A DNA stretch of 64,000 nt from a virus, in the IMG/VR virus record IMGVR_UViG_3300035088_000013, positions 22,303 to 86,302 of that record; one strand, written 5' to 3'. Numbering within the stretch: position 1 is the first letter of the stretch; each line of letters opens with the position of its first letter. Made by a program: the position numbers and the translations under genes. The notes beneath the pieces were generated by a model. It ran no database searches, had not been told where the DNA came from, and worked only from the letters and a program-made list of their open reading frames with translations. This document shows positions 62,108 to 64,000 of the stretch, in pieces.

Positions 62108-62314
62108 GTGACGTTTGATGAGGCGATGGCGCGGTTGCGGGGTCCGGGATCGCGGGGGCGGCGGGTGACGCGGCCGGGGTTGCCGGGGTGTGGGGTGGAG
62201 TGGCAGTTCGGTGCACCGGTGATCGCTCTGGAGGGGCCGGTGCGCCGGTTCATCTCGTACACGCCGACGCAGGAGGATATGCGCGCGGCCGACTGGGTTG
62301 ATTGGGTGGCGTGA
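62108..62314 (+). CDS. DUF2829/Tad2-like protein
   Basis: MTFDEAM..L...GRRVTR...YTPTQEDMRAADW matches the family pattern as recalled. Confidence 0.6.
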   Translation: MTFDEAMARLRGPGSRGRRVTRPGLPGCGVEWQFGAPVIALEGPVRRFISYTPTQEDMRAADWVDWVA

Positions 62315-62454
62315 TGGAGTTGGGGGAGCATGTGTGGCCGCGCCGGTTCTTCCCGTACGTGTGGGCGTTGTGGTTTCTGTTGATCACGTTGCAGGTGGAG
62401 CGGGCGCACCGGTTGATCACGTGGTGTGATGCGCGGGCTGCGCGGTGTCGCTGA
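62314..62454 (+). CDS. Small Trp-rich protein
   Basis: TGATG overlap, 46 aa. Confidence 0.4.
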   Translation: MELGEHVWPRRFFPYVWALWFLLITLQVERAHRLITWCDARAARCR

Positions 62455-62477
62455 CCGGTTGTGTGGGAGCCGTTCTC

Positions 62478-62717
62478 TCAGGATTTCGGTGGGGGCGGAT
62501 CTTCGGCCGGGTCTGATTCGTTGATGGGTGTCGTTGGGGTGTTGTCCTCGGCGCGGGTGGCTTGCCAGGCAGCCCAGTGCGAGGCCACATTCGCATAGAC
62601 GCTGGCGAATACGAGGAAGGGGACGCTGTTCTTCCACCAGAGGACGGCGGGGACGGACAGGGCCAGCCAGGTGACGGTGAGGGCGGCGTGCAGGTGTTTC
62701 AGGATCTTGGTGCCCAC
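62478..62717 (-). CDS. Small membrane protein, probably leaderless
   Basis: TACGCT box before GTG; W....P.VLWWKNSV.F....S.YAN...HW.AWQA. Confidence 0.65.
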   Translation of the reverse strand: MGTKILKHLHAALTVTWLALSVPAVLWWKNSVPFLVFASVYANVASHWAAWQATRAEDNTPTTPINESDPAEDPPPPKS

Positions 62718-62734
62718 AGTTGGGGAGCGTACGG

Positions 62735-62989
62735 GTGAGTGTGCCGCGCCGGGCGAGGTCGAAGGAGTTGTGCCGCAGGTTTCTCGGGGCACATGGGCCG
62801 CATGAGGATCGGATCGGGTTGTTGGATATCGACTGTCCGGGACGGCCGGAGGCGGGCAGTGTCGCGGGCCGGGCTTGGATGGTGATCTTCGACGAGGTCT
62901 ATGACGGGCTGGCCGGGGATGCGTCCGGGTTGGAGGACGGGGTGGCGCGGGCGGTCGCCCGGCTGGCGGCTGAGGGGCTTCTCGCGTGA
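62735..62989 (+). CDS. Hypothetical protein
   Basis: GGGGAG SD; coupled downstream. Confidence 0.45.
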   Translation: MSVPRRARSKELCRRFLGAHGPHEDRIGLLDIDCPGRPEAGSVAGRAWMVIFDEVYDGLAGDASGLEDGVARAVARLAAEGLLA

Positions 62990-63408
62990 GTGTGCCGGAG
63001 TGGGTGTCGTTGGTGATGCTGGCGGGGTTGATCGCGGCGGCGGCGGTGGCGGGGTCGGCGGCGTGGTCGACCGGGCGCAGGTGGTTGTACGGGTGGTGGA
63101 TGTCGGTGCTGGTGTGCGCCGCGGTGGATGCGGTGCTGCTGGTGGTGTGGGGGCTGGGGGCGGCGTATTGGGTGGTGTGGTTGATGCTGGTTGGCGCGTT
63201 GGCGGGGGCGATCCGGGAGCAGGTCGGCCGGGGGTCGTGGTGGCTGGTGCTCGGGTATGAGGTTTTGGGGCCGGGGGCCGTGCTCGGTGCGGCCGTGTCG
63301 GGTGGGTTGCCGATGCCGGTGGGGGTGTTGTTGGCGGCGGTGTGTGGGGTGGCGGGCCCGTTGTGTCTGCTGCCGGGGTTCGGCGATGGTCGGGGGGTGA
63401 CGCGGTGA
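62986..63408 (+). CDS. Multi-pass membrane protein
   Basis: GTGA overlap; very hydrophobic. Confidence 0.6.
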   Translation: MSVPEWVSLVMLAGLIAAAAVAGSAAWSTGRRWLYGWWMSVLVCAAVDAVLLVVWGLGAAYWVVWLMLVGALAGAIREQVGRGSWWLVLGYEVLGPGAVLGAAVSGGLPMPVGVLLAAVCGVAGPLCLLPGFGDGRGVTR

Positions 63409-63599
63409 CGGGGTCGCAGTGGTCCTTGGTGGCGGGCTGGGTCGGGGCGGTGGGGTTCTTCTCGGTGGTGTGGGCGTTCGCCCGGATGAAAGGGCGGGTG
63501 GAGACCGCGCTGATGTGCCGGACGCTACTGCTGGTGGGGTTGGCGATGGCGGTGTCGGTGGTGATGTGGGAGGTCGCCGGGGGTGCCGCGGCGCGTTAG
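63405..63599 (+). CDS. Small membrane protein
   Basis: GTGA overlap; two hydrophobic helices. Confidence 0.55.
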   Translation: MTGSQWSLVAGWVGAVGFFSVVWAFARMKGRVETALMCRTLLLVGLAMAVSVVMWEVAGGAAAR

Positions 63600-64000
63600 C
63601 GGATGCGGCCGGTGTCATCCGGGGGGATGTGGGTGCCGTCGGGGGTGTAGCGGCAGGAGGGGCACCACGGGGGCTTGCGGTCGCGGTGCTGGATGTAGCG
63701 GTGGTATCCGGGGCAGGACGCGGCCAGCAGCTTGTGGAGCTGGTCGCGGGTGGTGGTGGCGGCTTGGGTGGCGGCGGTGATCGCGGCGCGGTCACGGTGG
63801 TGGGGGGTGCGGGTGCCGAGGGGGCCGGTGCCGGTGAGGGTGAGGGTGATGTCGCCGTCGGGGTGGACGTCGGTGAGGGTGGCGCGGGCGGTGCCGAACA
63901 GGAGGCGGCCGTCGGGGGTGTGCAGGCGGGCGGTGACCTCGCCGCCGGTGCGGAAGGCGGGGCCGCCGGTGCGGGAGGCGCGGCCCGGGTCGGGGCGGGT
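63596..64000 (-). CDS. Hypothetical protein entering from beyond the window end
   Basis: Open frame with C-rich third positions ending ...CPGYHRYIQHRDRKPRWCPSCRYTPDG...IR*. Confidence 0.6.
   Translation of the reverse strand, partial: TRPDPGRASRTGGPAFRTGGEVTARLHTPDGRLLFGTARATLTDVHPDGDITLTLTGTGPLGTRTPHHRDRAAITAATQAATTTRDQLHKLLAASCPGYHRYIQHRDRKPPWCPSCRYTPDGTHIPPDDTGRIR

Noticed and set aside
1-64000. tRNA, tmRNA or rRNA genes
   Set aside because: No cloverleaf or conserved rRNA signature noticed by eye; tRNAscan-SE or Aragorn would be needed to exclude them

Overview
High-GC siphovirus-type actinobacteriophage genome segment; it may be most of a genome and possibly a phage-plasmid. Layout: (i) 0.3-12.9 kb, a rightward putative early arm of about 27 mostly small genes divided into cassettes by ten near-identical elements (CCTGTTGACA-17 nt-TTTACT, then a bulged-G, UGGA-loop hairpin), plus one divergent copy; (ii) 13.0-16.2 kb, a lysis cassette converging on (iii) 16.2-49.0 kb, a leftward virion module (tail fibre, Dit, tape measure, frameshifted tail chaperones, major tail, head-tail genes, major capsid, scaffold, MuF-like minor capsid, portal, TerL, HNH, TerS); (iv) 49-64 kb, accessory genes including a second TA pair, ParB-glycosyltransferase-QueD, a second TerS, a Cre-like recombinase with a dif-like site and a Tad2/DUF2829-like gene. 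Most notable: three toxin-like enzymes in the virion module (two ADP-ribosyltransferases and one zeta-like kinase) share an N-terminal tag, W-x-E-x-L-H-[PH]-R-D-x-x-G-[KR]-F...DI-x-V-x-TR. Each is followed by a small coupled gene, and one of those small genes has a close paralog in the early cassette array. All family assignments come from motif recognition by eye, not from database searches. No tRNA, rRNA, CRISPR array, DNA polymerase or primase was recognised.
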